A program made the position numbers and the translations under genes. DNA of 64,000 nt. Origin: Rhina ancylostomus. Taxonomy: Eukaryota. Of this stretch, positions 24,890 through 37,500 are shown piece by piece. The notes beneath the pieces were generated by a model. The model had not been told where the DNA came from and did not search any database. It saw only the letters and a list, made by a program, of their open reading frames with translations. Position 1 is the first letter of the stretch. The number at the start of each line of letters is the position of its first letter. Location of the stretch: positions 13,446,610-13,510,609 of the forward strand of contig JARFYF010000055.1 in NCBI GenBank assembly GCA_030265395.1, read 5' to 3'.

Positions 24890-27882
24890 TTCAAACCAGA
24901 AGTGATAAAATAACTTAAATTTTAGATTGCAAAAAAGAGGTTGGGAGAAAGGTAGATGGAGCAATCCATTTGACAGGTTCAGGACTAAACTGAAAGTCAG
25001 CTGTGGCAGAGAACAAAGCATCTGAAATGACGACAACTCTGATTGCCAAGACAGCATTATATCAGCATGGCAACACTGGCCACATCCCACCTTTAATATT
25101 CCATTCCCAGACATCTCTCATCCTCTGCAACTTAACTATGTTGCTTTTTTTCCCCTTCAACTTGAAATGTCAAGTTTCTTTCCACAAATGTTGCCCAAAT
25201 GCTTCTAGCATTTTCAGGGTTTTTTAAAATTACACTAATTAGCTACAGCTCAAGAAACACAAGGTCTCATTGGTGGGCAAGAGGATTAAAGAGATGTATG
25301 TGACCTTAAAGTGGCCAGAGAATAACTTTGACCCATCCCTGCAGAAGATGTTTAATAAGCTCATGGTCCATCCTGCCTCAGGTTTGTTCAGAGCTAACAA
25401 GATGGAGCAAAAAACCACAGCAGAGCTACAATATACTAAGGAGTGACAATGCAGAAGACTCAAGTCAGTGATTTCTACATTGATGAATTATTGACCTACA
25501 GGGAGGGATAAAGAAAGAGCAATTAAAGGGAGGCTTAGGAATGGAGTCCTTTGGCTACCAAAATGAATGTGCAGTAAGGAAGAGTCTAAGGAAAAGGACT
25601 AAGTTTCTTGCAAGTAAATAATCCAATTAAGTAGTTTCTTATTTTTTGATTAAATGAGAACTCATAAGGAGGTGGAAAGTAGTAACTTGGCTTCTGTGCA
25701 CCTGACAGGAAATTCAGCCACAAAGTACTATGCCCCACAACATATTGAGCACTGCAAGACCTGGACCACAGGGGAAGGATAATTACAGGGGCATGTGATG
25801 CATGCTCTGATCAACAGGAAGAGTGTGATGGGGTTGTCAGGTGGTCCAGACAAATTTTGGATTTCAGAAAAATGAGGCAAGAAGAGTTTTTTTAAAAATC
25901 TAGTCTCTCTCTACAAGTCTCTTTTAATTCAGAAAATCAAGTGGTTGAAAACTAGTGATCAAGAATTAGTAGCAATAAAGACATTTTAATACACAAATCA
26001 TGAAGGAGAGCAAGTGGAAATATTCAATAGCTTTAAGAATAATAAACACTGAATTAGAAAAGGACAATCAGAATGTGAAGGTGGTGTTGGAGAGAAACCA
26101 TGCAGAAATTTGAACAAATTAGCTAGTTAAGAGTTAGTACAAGTGGTCAAACAGCCNNNNNNNNNNNNNNNNNNNNNNNNNNNNNNNNNNNNNNNNNNNN
26201 NNNNNNNNNNNNNNNNNNNNNNNNNNNNNNNNNNNNNNNNNNNNNNNNNNNTTATTTTTTTAAGTGAATTGTACAGGGTTGACAAGATGTAATTTTCTCC
26301 CCCAGTTCAGGGATGGGACAGTATTTATTACCCATGTTAGATACTTGAAGTGCAACAGTTTTTAAAGTGCAATTGCATTTGGCCTTTAAGATGTAGAAAT
26401 TTCTTGACGTTAAAACTGAAAAATTACATCCCACGATTTTGTAAACAACTGCAAGTTCAGTCCCAATGTGGAATGGTACCTCTGCAATTTGTTACCTGGG
26501 GAAAAACAAATTCAGTTTGACACCAATCCTTCAGGGCCAAAAATAACCCTCAAAGGACAATGGAAGATATGGGTACAGGATACCTCGGAATACCAATCGA
26601 AGCCTAGACAGCAACAGAGCGCCACCTGAAGCCAAGAGCAAGTGGTGGAAATGCATCGAGTCTGCTAGATGTGAAAACATGTTTATTATTCCATTCCGTT
26701 AAAATGCAATATGTATTCATTTTCCAGGGTACAAGTTAATACCCAACAGGAAATGTTGTATGGAGCGTTACACCCAGTAAAAACGTTTACTAGAAAATTC
26801 AAAGTTATCTCGCCAGCAGAAATATCAGCTTTCTGGTTAAGCGAGATAACCCTTTTAAGATCCGCCAATCGAACAGTGATAGGCAACACCCAACCTCAAA
26901 ATCTTGAATCCGTTTCAACTATAAAAAAAGATTTGAAAGCAGCTTCAAAAACTCGATTTAAGTAATATTCCAAATAATTTGGAAGTAAATGCAACATTGA
27001 ATGAATTTCACAAAAGCAGCAATGACATTCACAGCACTCACTTAAATAGGTTAGCGTTTGTGGGGATCGAAAAGAAAGAAATTGGGCGCTGGTGATCTTG
27101 TGTCGTTTCTCTTAGACACATGAGCTCCTTCATCTTGCATCAAAAATTGTGCAAAAAAAATCTATACAAAATTCATCATGGAGTGCTTGGCTTGCAGTTT
27201 TCTATTTGAGCGTTTCATAAAAGCCTCCTTTGTGCAGAGACTGAAAAAAAAATCAATTTAGAAACGTAATTGCAGAACAAAGAGTTACTGTAGTTTTGAT
27301 GGACAAAAGCACAATTGCCACTGGAAAATTACATCACACTCGACAGCCGAGGATTTAAAAACAATGTTATTTGCAGTTATTCAAACAGGTGCAGAAGATG
27401 TTACAATATAGGTTTTAAAAAATACATCTTTNNNNNNNNNNNNNNNNNNNNNNNNNNNNNNNNNNNNNNNNNNNNNNNNNNNNNNNNNNNNNNNNNNNNN
27501 NNNNNNNNNNNNNNNNNNNNNNNNNNNNNNNNNNNNNNNNNNNNNNNNNNNNNNNNNNNNNNNNNNNNNNNNNNNNNNNNNNNNNNNNNNNNNNNNNNNN
27601 NNNNNNNNNNNNNNNNNNNNNNNNNNNNNNNNNNNNNNNNNNNNNNNNNNNNNNNNNNNNNNNNNNNNNNNNNNNNNNNNNNNNNNNNNNNNNNNNNNNN
27701 NNNNNNNNNNNNNNNNNNNNNNNNNNNNNNNNNNNNNNNNNNNNNNNNNNNNNNNNNNNNNNNNNNNNNNNNNNNNNNNNNNNNNNNNNNNNNNNNNNNN
27801 NNNNNNNNNNNNNNNNNNNNNNNNNNNNNNNNNNNNNNNNNNNNNNNNNNNNNNNNNNNNNNNNNNNNNNNNNNNNNNNNNN

Positions 27883-28450
27883 ATCGGCGCGAAAATTATA
27901 AATGAACAATTAAAAATAAGGAAATTAAAACACGCTTATACGTGAATTTTCCTACAGATTATTTTATTAAAATATCTTTTCTCTACTATAATCAGCACGT
28001 TCCCGCTTCCCTTACCCTCGCTCTTTAGCTTTTGTTTTGCTGTTGCTCCCTTTGTCTCCCGCGCTCTGCACGAACCTGCTATCAACCCCCACCCTCCCCG
28101 TCGAATAAAAACCGCCAAAAACGCCTCACGTGACCGCGCCTGCACTCTCTCATTGGCAGCGGCCCACCTTTCGTTAGCAAGTTGACAGGCGTTCCGTCGA
28201 TTTCATTGGCCCTTTTTCAACAAGCGCTGACCAATCCAAATGAAGGAAGGGTGTTCCGTATGTTAATTGACTCGAGGTTGAAGATATTTGGTCCCGGCCT
28301 GTGTTATGGCTCGGGCTGATTGGCTCTGTAATAGGACCGTCCTTGCCGCGCTCCGATTGGCCACACCGTCTCTGACGACACAATGGCTTGGTCGTCATAT
28401 ATTTTAATCGCGGTTACTTAATGCAGACGCGCCTATTCCTGTTGCATTGG
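27883..28450 (-). promoter_or_regulatory. CpG-rich promoter and non-coding exon 1 of stathmin copy B
   Basis: Donor gtaag at 28011-28015 (exon end 28016); E2F-like TTTTCGCGCC 27886-27895 and TTTTGGCGG 28112-28120 on minus; E-box TCACGTGA 28126-28133; CCAAT/ATTGG at 28152, 28205, 28231, 28319 and 28356. Confidence 0.82.
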
Positions 28451-28929
28451 TGGTCAGTGCAAAAGCAATGAGGATGGGAAGGGAGGTCCACAGGTCTGAG
28501 AATAAAGGGGCTGCCACTATTGTATGCATTCCACCACCTCCACCTCTAGGTAGTTGAGTAGTCCACCGACGTTCGTTGTGTAGGCTTATTCATAAAAATG
28601 GACATGCTGGCAAAGTGAAGAGCACATAGTCCCAAATGCAGTCGGATGACCACAAACGGGGCCGTAATGCCCATATTTTCCAAGCCTGATTCAGGGTGGT
28701 TCTCAGCGATGTAGGCAGGATGGAAATTGCAGGTTGTGCATTGTGGGGCAATAATTTTTGGGAGTTTTTTTTAAATAGATGCGCTTTTGCATTACAATGC
28801 AAACAAAATGCTTGGAATGTGACATTGCACTATTGATGTGCAGATAATCTGACAAATATTGACAGTAAAATAACACTTGACATACATAAACTCCAATGTT
28901 ATGGGCACTAGACACTGACCATTAACAAC

Positions 28930-29092
28930 TTCCAGTTGCACGTTATTTCAACTCCGCCTCCCATTCCCATACTGGCTTGTCCGTTCTTGGCTTTCTCCAC
29001 AGCCACAATAAGGCCAGGTGCAAACTAGGAGATAAGCACCTCATTCTGCTTGGGTACCCCACAACCCTATTGTGTGAAAACTGAATTTTCCA
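28930..29092 (+). mobile_element. Penelope-like element GIY-YIG endonuclease C-terminal remnant
   Basis: Translates as PVARYFNSASHSHTGLSVLGFLHSHNKARCKL.., resembling the PVA.HFN..H region of fish Penelope-like elements; directly followed by the palindromic short element. Confidence 0.65.
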
Positions 29093-29204
29093 AGCAGAAA
29101 ACAAACTGCTGGAGGAACTCAGCAGATTGAGGTGAGAGAAACTGTTGACATTTCAGGTTAACACTCTGCATCTGGACTAAGAGTGGAGAGGGAAGACAGC
29201 CAAT

Positions 29205-29482
29205 ATAGGGCATAGCTTTAAAGTAATGGGTGGGAAGTTCAAGGGAGATATCAGAGGAAGGTTTTTATACCCAGAGAGTGGTTGGGGCATAGATTGCACT
29301 GCCTGCGGCAACAGTGGAGGCAGGTACATTGGGAAAATTCAAGAGATTACTAGACAAGCATATGGAGGAATTTAAGATGGACGGATATGTGGGAGGAAGA
29401 GGTTAGATAGTTTTAGGCAAAGTTAAGGTCAGCACAACATTGTGGGCCAAAGGGCCCATATTTTGCTGTACTGTTCTATGTA
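29205..29482 (+). mobile_element. CR1 3' end inserted in the Penelope-associated repeat
   Basis: FKVMGGKFKGDIRGRFLYPE..-like coding end and tail agcacaacattgtgggcc...tactgttctatg. Confidence 0.7.
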
Positions 29483-29769
29483 TAGTTTGGAGATAGAGGC
29501 AGGTGGGTGATAGCTGGAAGCAGACAAGGAGAAAAAATTGGCAGATGAAGTCAGGTGGGGTTAGGGGAGGGTAAAGGTGGAGATGCTTATCACCCTCCAG
29601 CAAAGCAGGAACACAAAGACTACCAATGCTGGAATCTGATAAGTAAAGGAGATAATAATGTGAACCATTAGGGGAGAGATGAAGGGCAGATGGAGGAGGG
29701 GATCCAGTGAGTGAAATGTGGGTAGTAGGTGGATGGGGAGAAAGAATAGGGTAGACTGGTAGGTATAGG

Positions 29770-30357
29770 TGTTGTGAAACAGGTTAGAAGTCTCAAAGGA
29801 CAAGGACTCTGAACACAATCTTAGAATTAAATGATTTATTTACAAAGACAAACACAGGGAAAAAGTAACAGGACAACACACACACACACACCAAGTGATA
29901 GTAAGTGTGGGAAAAAAAAATCACAGCAAAAGTAAAATACACACACACACAACAAACTGGGTACAAACAATCAAGGAAAAGCAATATGCTACCCAGCACC
30001 CTTTGACTCAGTGCAGGCACAGCACCATGCTACTGGGAATACTAACTTAGAATGCTCCTAACCCTGTCAAAGTGCACACCCTACCAACAATCTCTCCATC
30101 ATCATTTTATGATTCATCAGAGCAAGCAAAGAGGCACTCTTTATAGTGGTGGAGGGCTGGGAGGTCCAGCCCAGGTAATTTAAAAAGGCCAATGGCCTAA
30201 GGCCAAGTACAAAGGTGCTTAAAGGGACCAATGGTCAGGTGTGCACTGATGGGTGGGGTGGAGCCAAACCTTGATTGGCAGTGTTGTGTCTTTCGACTGG
30301 TAAGGGGCAGTGCTGTTCGACCAGGTAGGGGCAATGTGGTCACGTGACAGCCACAAC
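29770..30357 (-). mobile_element. Solo-LTR-like segment
   Basis: TGTG...CACA termini; minus-strand order is E-box and CCAAT motifs, TATAAA (30140-30145), then AATAAA (29835-29840). No TSD found. Confidence 0.45.
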
Positions 30358-30714
30358 CCTCCACAATTCAATAGGNNNNNNNNNNNNNNNNNNNNNNNNN
30401 NNNNNNNNNNNNNNNNNNNNNNNNNNNNNNNNNNNNNNNNNNNNNNNNNNNNNNNNNNNNNNNNNNNNNNNNNNNAAACTGTGCATGTTATGAATACTGA
30501 TGGCTGCTAGCTGAGGCAGCTGAGGAAGGACAGCAGCTACGTCTCAAAGAGAGCCGAGAAACCACATGGTTATTAGCAGGTACAAAGTATTGATAAAACC
30601 ACAAATTGTGGTTATTTCATTTAAGCTGTATTGCCCCAGAAACAAACATACCCACTGACAATTGCAAATCACCATAATCAATAAAACTTAGTGAAAGGAG
30701 ATCTAAGAGTGTCA

Positions 30715-31150
30715 ATCAAGCAACCCAATTGATTGACATCCCATCAATCATCCTAAACATTCACTCTCTTCAGCACTGGCATGCTGCAGTGCGTACCATC
30801 TACAAAATGTAGAGCGGTTTCTTGCCTAGGCTACCCCAATAGCACTTCCCAAACTTACAGTCTTTACCAGCAGAAAGGACAAAGGCAGCAGGCGCATAGC
30901 AACAGCATCAACTATAAGTTCTCCTTTAAGCCATGCACCATCATAATTTAGAAATATATCATTGGACTTTCATCATCACTGGGTCTAATTCCTGGAATCC
31001 CTACTCAACAGCGCTGTAGGAGTACTTTCATCAGAAAGACTGCAGTGGTTCAAGAAGCGCCTCACCACCACCTTTTCAAGGGCAGTTAGGGATGGGCAAT
31101 AAAAGTGCTGATCTTTCCAGCAATGTCCAGATCTCTACATTTAATATTAA
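30715..31150 (+). mobile_element. LINE 3' region
   Basis: Shares its tail with 11947-12200 and 62200-62470. Confidence 0.6.
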
Positions 31151-31824
31151 AAGAAACATTGAAAATTTCAACAGGGCTGGACAGACTGGATGTGGGGAGG
31201 ATGTTTAAAATGATAAGGGTGGGTAGAATGAGGGGGGCACAGGTTCAGGTTACAGGGAAAGACGTTTAGGATTGAAGATAGGACAATGGAATTTGGTACC
31301 ACAGAGGCCAACACTGAACAGGTTTAAGAAGGAGACGGATAAATTCCCAGAGAATCCCAAAATGCAACAAGGATAATGGGAAGAAAGCAAGGATATTGAG
31401 ATAGAGTCTCACCTGTGATCATATTGAATGTTGGTGCAGGCTCAATGGGCCAAATGTTACTTGAGCTCCTATATTTCTGTATTTCTTTTCCACAATTTAG
31501 TCTGGCTTGACTGCAACTCATTTGGAATTGTGTGAAGTTCATCCTGAAATTTAGATTGAGCCTTGACCTGTATTTATTTAGTGACTCTCATGATCTTAGA
31601 ACATGTTAATGTACTTTAAATTCAATGAAATACTTCTGAACTGTTGGAAACATGGCAGGTAATTTGGGCATGACAGCTGCCGTGTGCACCAATGTTCCAG
31701 ATCAGATCATCTGTTCTTCTGAAGTTGACTGAGGGAGTGATAAATATAGGACGAGGTGCTCTGGATAATTGCTCTGCTCTTTTTCAAAATGGTTTAGAGA
31801 GCAGCCAAGGTCTTGGTTTAACAT

Positions 31825-32055
31825 GGAGACACAAGCGACTGCAGATGCTAGAATCTGGAGCAACAAACAATCTGCTGGAGAAACTCAATGAGTCATGCAG
31901 CATATGTGGGGGAAAGGAATTGTCGATGTTTTGTCTTGAAACTCTGCATCAGGACATGCTGATGTAGGGTTTTGACCCGAAATGTCAACAATTCCTTCCC
32001 TCACCCCTCATATGCTGCCCGACCCACTGAGTTCCTCCAGTAGATTGGTTGTTGC
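31825..32055 (+). mobile_element. Palindromic Penelope-associated short element with 14-bp TSD
   Basis: Begins GGAGACACAAG; internal inverted arms; tcttggtttaacat duplicated at 31811-31824 and 32056-32069. Confidence 0.75.
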
Positions 32056-33489
32056 TCTTGGTTTAACATCTCATTCAATTTCACACTGGACTGTGAACCC
32101 AGCTTTATACTCAGGTCTCTCGAATGGGACTCAGACTCACAATCTCTTGATTTAAAGGAAAAAGTGCTGCTCACTGAGCCACAACTAAGTTTAATGGGAA
32201 GCTGAATGAGTTCATGAGACAGAAAGAAATACAACAACAACAATTTTCTTCTATATGACACCTTTAATACAGTGGAACATGGATGATTCACGGAGGGACA
32301 ACCAAACAAAATTTGACTTTGAACTACTTAAGGAGACATAAAAACAGGTTACCAGAAAAATAATCAGAAGGTAGGTTTTAAGGATCATTTTAGAAGGTAA
32401 AGAGCTGTTGAGGTTTAGTAATGGAATTTATGACTTAGGACTTTGGCAGCTGAAGATACAGCTACAAAAGATAGAATAATTAAAATCAGGAAGAGCCAAG
32501 AGGCCAAAATTGATATAGTTGAATAGTTGAGAATTGTCGGCAAGAAATTTCTGAGGTAGGAAGGAGGAAAGCGTAGTATTGTTATGCTATTGTTGTGCTA
32601 TGTAAATACATTCCCTTTTTAAGATACTGTATATTTCCACTTGAAGGCAGTGAAGCATGCCTTGGGTGTGGCAACAGTGAAACCAACCAATGTTCCACAT
32701 CATGCCCAGCAGTTAGTCTACTTGATTAATCACAGAAACAAGGGCTTAATAGTTGCAGTTTATATTTGTGATGAAGAAAAAGGACTTCAGAGTGCAGTTG
32801 CTATCAGTTTGAGCATGTTTTCTGTGTGTGTGTGCACCAGATAAAAATAAATTTAGCTGTTGATTTTTAATACAATGCATGGACTTTCTTGCAGCTTTGT
32901 CTGCAGCTGAGTAACTCTATTTAGTAACCATGAAGCTGCTGAGGAGATAACAAATTCTCATGCTTAAACTAATTCATCTGAATCAATGCAAATCAACCAA
33001 CAGTGAAAGTGTACCTTTAAATAAGTAGCAAAGCTCAGTTTGTTTGATACACCTTCACTGCACTTGTATGTTGTTGGAATTGTGATGGTCATACCAAGAT
33101 GGTCATTTAAGTTATGTATAATTTATGTTAATTTGTTTATGTTAATTTATGTTTGTCTTCGTCTTATAATGTCCTGTGCTGCTGCTGCAAAAAGCTAATT
33201 TTTGTGGCATTTATACCCTGTGTATGTATGCCTGTGACAACAATAGACTTGAACTTGAACTAACCTCATGGCAATTGATGTGCATTCTAATGCATCTCAA
33301 TTTGCGTCCTGCTGGGAAAAGTGATTTCATTGTGAAGAAGTAATGACAGGATCCAGAAAAAAAGCAAGACTGTTACACCATACTGTAGGTACAGAACTAC
33401 AGGATATTCATGAAACACTATCACCAATCACTAATGATTACACAAGAGCAAAAACTGCACTGATTACACATTTTACACTACATCTGTAT

Positions 33490-34255
33490 TGTGTATTGTG
33501 TTCAGTTCTGGTCGTCTCATTATAGGAAGGATGTGGAAGTTTTAGACAGGGTGCAGAGGAGATTTACCAGGATGCTGCCTGGATTGGAGAGCATGTCTTA
33601 TGAGGATAGGCTGAACGAGCTAGGGCTTTTCTCTTTGGAGAGAAGGAGGATGAGAGGTGACTTGATAGAGGTGTACAACATCATCAGAGGCANNNNNNNN
33701 NNNNNNNNNNNNNNNNNNNNNNNNNNNNNNNNNNNNNNNNNNNNNNNNNNNNNNNNNNNNNNNNNNNNNNNNNNNNNNNNNNNNNNNNNNNNCTGGATTG
33801 GAGAGCATGTCTTATGAGGATAGGCTGAACGAGCTAGGGCTTTTCTCTTTGGAGAGGAGGAGGATGAGAGGTGACTTATTAGAGATGTACAGGACGATAA
33901 GAGGCATAGATCAAGTGGACAGTCAGAGACCTTTTCCCAGGGCAATAATGGCTAACACAAGGGGGCATCATTTTAAGGTGATTGGAGGAAGGTATAAAGG
34001 GACTATCAATGGGCCACTTTTGCTAAGAAGAACTGGCACCCCAACTGGTGGGTGCATGGAACGCACTGCCAGCAGAGGTTGTGGGGGCAGATACATTAGG
34101 GACATTTAAGAGACTCTTAGGTAAACACATGAATGATAGAGAAATGGAGGGCTATGTGGGAGGGAAGGGTTAGATATATCTTAGAGCAGGATAAAATCTC
34201 AGCACAACATTGTGGGCCGAAGGGCCTATACTGTGCTGTAATGTTTTATGTTCTA
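33490..34255 (+). mobile_element. CR1 LINE 3' end, relatively well preserved
   Basis: YCVQFWSSHYRKDVEVLDRVQRRFTRMLPGLESMSYEDRLNELGLFSLERRRMRGDLIEVY; tail tgttttatgttcta. Confidence 0.9.
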
Positions 34256-34259
34256 TCTG

Positions 34260-34552
34260 GAGGCAAAGTGATGCAGTATGTAGAGCTGCTGTGTAACAGC
34301 TGCAGGTTCTGGGTTTATTCCTGGTACTGTCTGTGTGGAGTTTACACGTTATCCCTATGACTACATGGGTTTCCTTTGGTTGTGCCGGTTTCCTCTGACA
34401 TCCTAGGGACCTGTGGTTTGATAGATTAATTAGCCACTCTAAACTGAATAGTTGAGGAGAGAATAAAAATAGGATTGGTCTAAATGGGTGCTTAATGGTT
34501 GTGCAGACTCGATAGGCTGAAGGGCTTGTTTCCATGTCATATGACTCTCTCA
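34260..34552 (+). mobile_element. V-SINE copy
   Basis: tgtctgtgtggagtttacac...gggtttcctttggttgtgccggtttcctc V-domain. Confidence 0.7.
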
Positions 34553-37500
34553 ATAACACAAGTGTTCTGTCACACAAGACAAGAATAAGAAGAAATAATT
34601 GATCAATGGTCCATGGGTCTGAGATTACTTTATACAAAATGTGAACTTTTCTGGTCATGAGTAAGGGCTGAAAATATACATTATTGAAGGATATATATCA
34701 AAGCGACTTAAGAAAGCCTCAAAGAGTTGGCAAGATCATTGTCACTTTAAGAGAATAGATGAGTTGATACAGAATGACCGCAAGAGTCTGCGGGGACTCG
34801 AATGAGAGAAACAAAACAGGGCAGAATTCTCAGTGGAAACTGTCAGCAGAGAACATTCAAAAGAGAACAATTGCCAGTTTCAGCGAGCTAAACAGAACTT
34901 AAAACAGTCATATTATTGTTCTGGCATCTTCCCCCACATAGTGGAATGCCCTGCTAAGGGAAAACAATGTAAGTCATNNNNNNNNNNNNNNNNNNNNNNN
35001 NNNNNNNNNNNNNNNNNNNNNNNNNNNNNNNNNNNNNNNNNNNNNNNNNNNNNNNNNNNNNNNNNNNNNNNNNNNNNTACGGGAAAACAATGTAAGTCAT
35101 GTGGAAAACGCAACCATTTTGCAAAAATTTATGATTCAGCAAACTGATGGTGTTAGATGCCTGAACATCTCGAGTGTTGGACACTCCTCAAAGAACTCGG
35201 CCAAAAATGAAGGCAATATTTGTATCTCACGATTCAGTGCCTCAGTTAATATTTGTGCACCTGTTAATATGAGTGAACAAACATTCAACCATCTTGGTTT
35301 AACTCAGTTAAGAAGTGCCAGGTTGTTTTATATTAATAGCACAATCTTCTTAATAGTTCTAGGAAAGTTTTAATTGTAAATACATTTCAAATACAAGTGT
35401 TAGCATGACTTTTTATATGAGTTAAGTGACTGTGATGCTCTGAGGTTCAACACATTGTCACCTGCTCATATTGTAGTGATCATAAGTGTAATACCTACAA
35501 CCACCATCATTAGTTGTGAAGAAAAGGTCACAGGGCAACTTATCAGGTGTGTGAACATAAATGCAGTGCTAAAAACAATGTCACTGAGCAAAATCAAAGC
35601 TGTAACAAATATGATGTTGCTCAATCTGTGTTTCATAGCAATTCAATCATGAAAATCATGATGGAAAAAGCATTCTCTTGTTATATTGCGCATATACTGC
35701 AAAAAGATTGGCAAAAAGTTTGCAATGAAGTCATGACTGCATCTACCTCAGATATTATGCTACAAGATAACCCAATTGTCATCTCCGAGTCATGAGCAGA
35801 AAACAATAGACATTGTTCTCAAAGATAATCAAACATTTTTGAAAATTAACAATTTTTAGGGAAAAAGCATAGTTCCCAGGAATAGGTTACTATCAACAAA
35901 TGTCTGGTGTGACAAGCAACCTTGATGTCAAACCTACAAGAACCAATGTGATTGTTGGAATTATCCAAGGACCATTGGTTGTGATTTTGTATATCCATAC
36001 ACTGGTGATAACTTGCTTGTAATTCTTGATGGCTATAGTATATTTTCATTGTAGAAATTCCCTGCTTTACCATCACAACCCAAGGCTACCATCCTAAAAG
36101 TTGATATTGCCTTTGTGTTGTTTGCTGTTCCGCAAAGAGTGAGGACAGATAATGCACCATTATTTGACAGTGATGGAACCTACATGTCTTTTGCACCACA
36201 AAAATCCTACCTTGCTGACCATACACCAATGATGAACTGGAAAGATTTATGGCAAACACTAAAGAACGTCAACTATACTTGCCATGCCAAAAGCAAATTG
36301 GAAATAAGATTGTTTTTCTATTGAAGTACAGAACACTGCTACATTCAATGACAGGTAAACCACCAACTACATTCATACTTGTATAAGGGAAAAATATCTT
36401 TCAGAGATACCCCATGTGGTAGATGATAACATCTCTTAAGGTCTGACAAGACCAAAAAACATGAAAGTAAAAGTAGAGGAACATATGAAATTCAGATCTC
36501 TGTCATTACAACCCAGGATCGGTTTCTTGTGAAATATAAAACCACATGGACAAGCAAGAAACATCATATGATATACAGCCATTTGAAGGATCTAGGATCA
36601 CTGCACTGCATTGTTTGCAAGGCATTACAGAAAATGCATCATTTGTCAAAGTGCTCAAAAAGCTATCTCTGTTAATCCAAAATAACCTTAGANNNNNNNN
36701 NNNNNNNNNNNNNNNNNNNNNNNNNNNNNNNNNNNNNNNNNNNNNNNNNNNNNNNNNNNNNNNNNNNNNNNNNNNNNNNNNNNNNNNNNNNNNNNNNNNN
36801 NNNNNNNNNNNNNNNNNNNNNNNNNNNNNNNNNNNNNNNNNNNNNNNNNNNNNNNNNNNNNNNNNNNNNNNNNNNNNNNNNNNNNNNNNNNNNNNNNNNN
36901 NNNNNNNNNNNNNNNNNNNNNNNNNNNNNNNNNNNNNNNNNNNNNNNNNNNNNNNNNNNNNNNNNNNNNNNNNNNNNGTCCATACCCTGTGAATGTATAA
37001 GTTACTAAAACTGAGCCAAATATAGTAACCTCTGCCTTGAACTCTGCTTCCAAGAATGTGTTCGTATTGAGTAGTGCATACAACAGAACAATTTAGCATC
37101 CCAACATCCCTACTCTAATTTGTCTCATGTTGCTTTTCATCTTCTTTCATTGATTTGAGAACAAGAGAATAATAAGAGAATATAAACTCTGCCTAAAATC
37201 AACGTTACAGGAATTGGAATGATAAGACATAGACAAATATACTTTTAATTGATTCATGGTGGGACATCAGTATGAGTGCATCGTCTGCACCAAGGCTTTT
37301 TAAGGTACCAGCGAATGTGATTGGCATTAGGAAATAATTAGTGTTTATTACATTGCAGCATTGCCTAGACTTGAAAAATACTTAATTAGTAGTTAAGATT
37401 CCGGAAAGAGGAATAGGTTGGGGGAAGTTGAGGATGTACACATTTTTGAAGCCTTGGGAATAATAAATACAATACATAAAACATGGATGAGGAAGGATAC

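Larger units (their letters stand above)
33290..36690 (+). mobile_element. Decayed Ty3/Gypsy LTR retrotransposon internal region with nested insertions
   Basis: Gag-like KKARLLHHTVGTELQDIHETL..DYTRAKTALITHF (33343-33480); zinc-knuckle region CPAKGKQCKSCGKRNHFAK (about 34945-35125); integrase-like FAVPQRVRTDNAPLF (about 36120-36165). Confidence 0.7.

Noticed and set aside
33579-33905. Apparent tandem duplications across 100-N gaps (also 34958-35100 and 46960-47156)
   Set aside because: Near-identical sequence on both sides of a fixed-size gap is typical of unmerged contig overlaps, not biological repeats.
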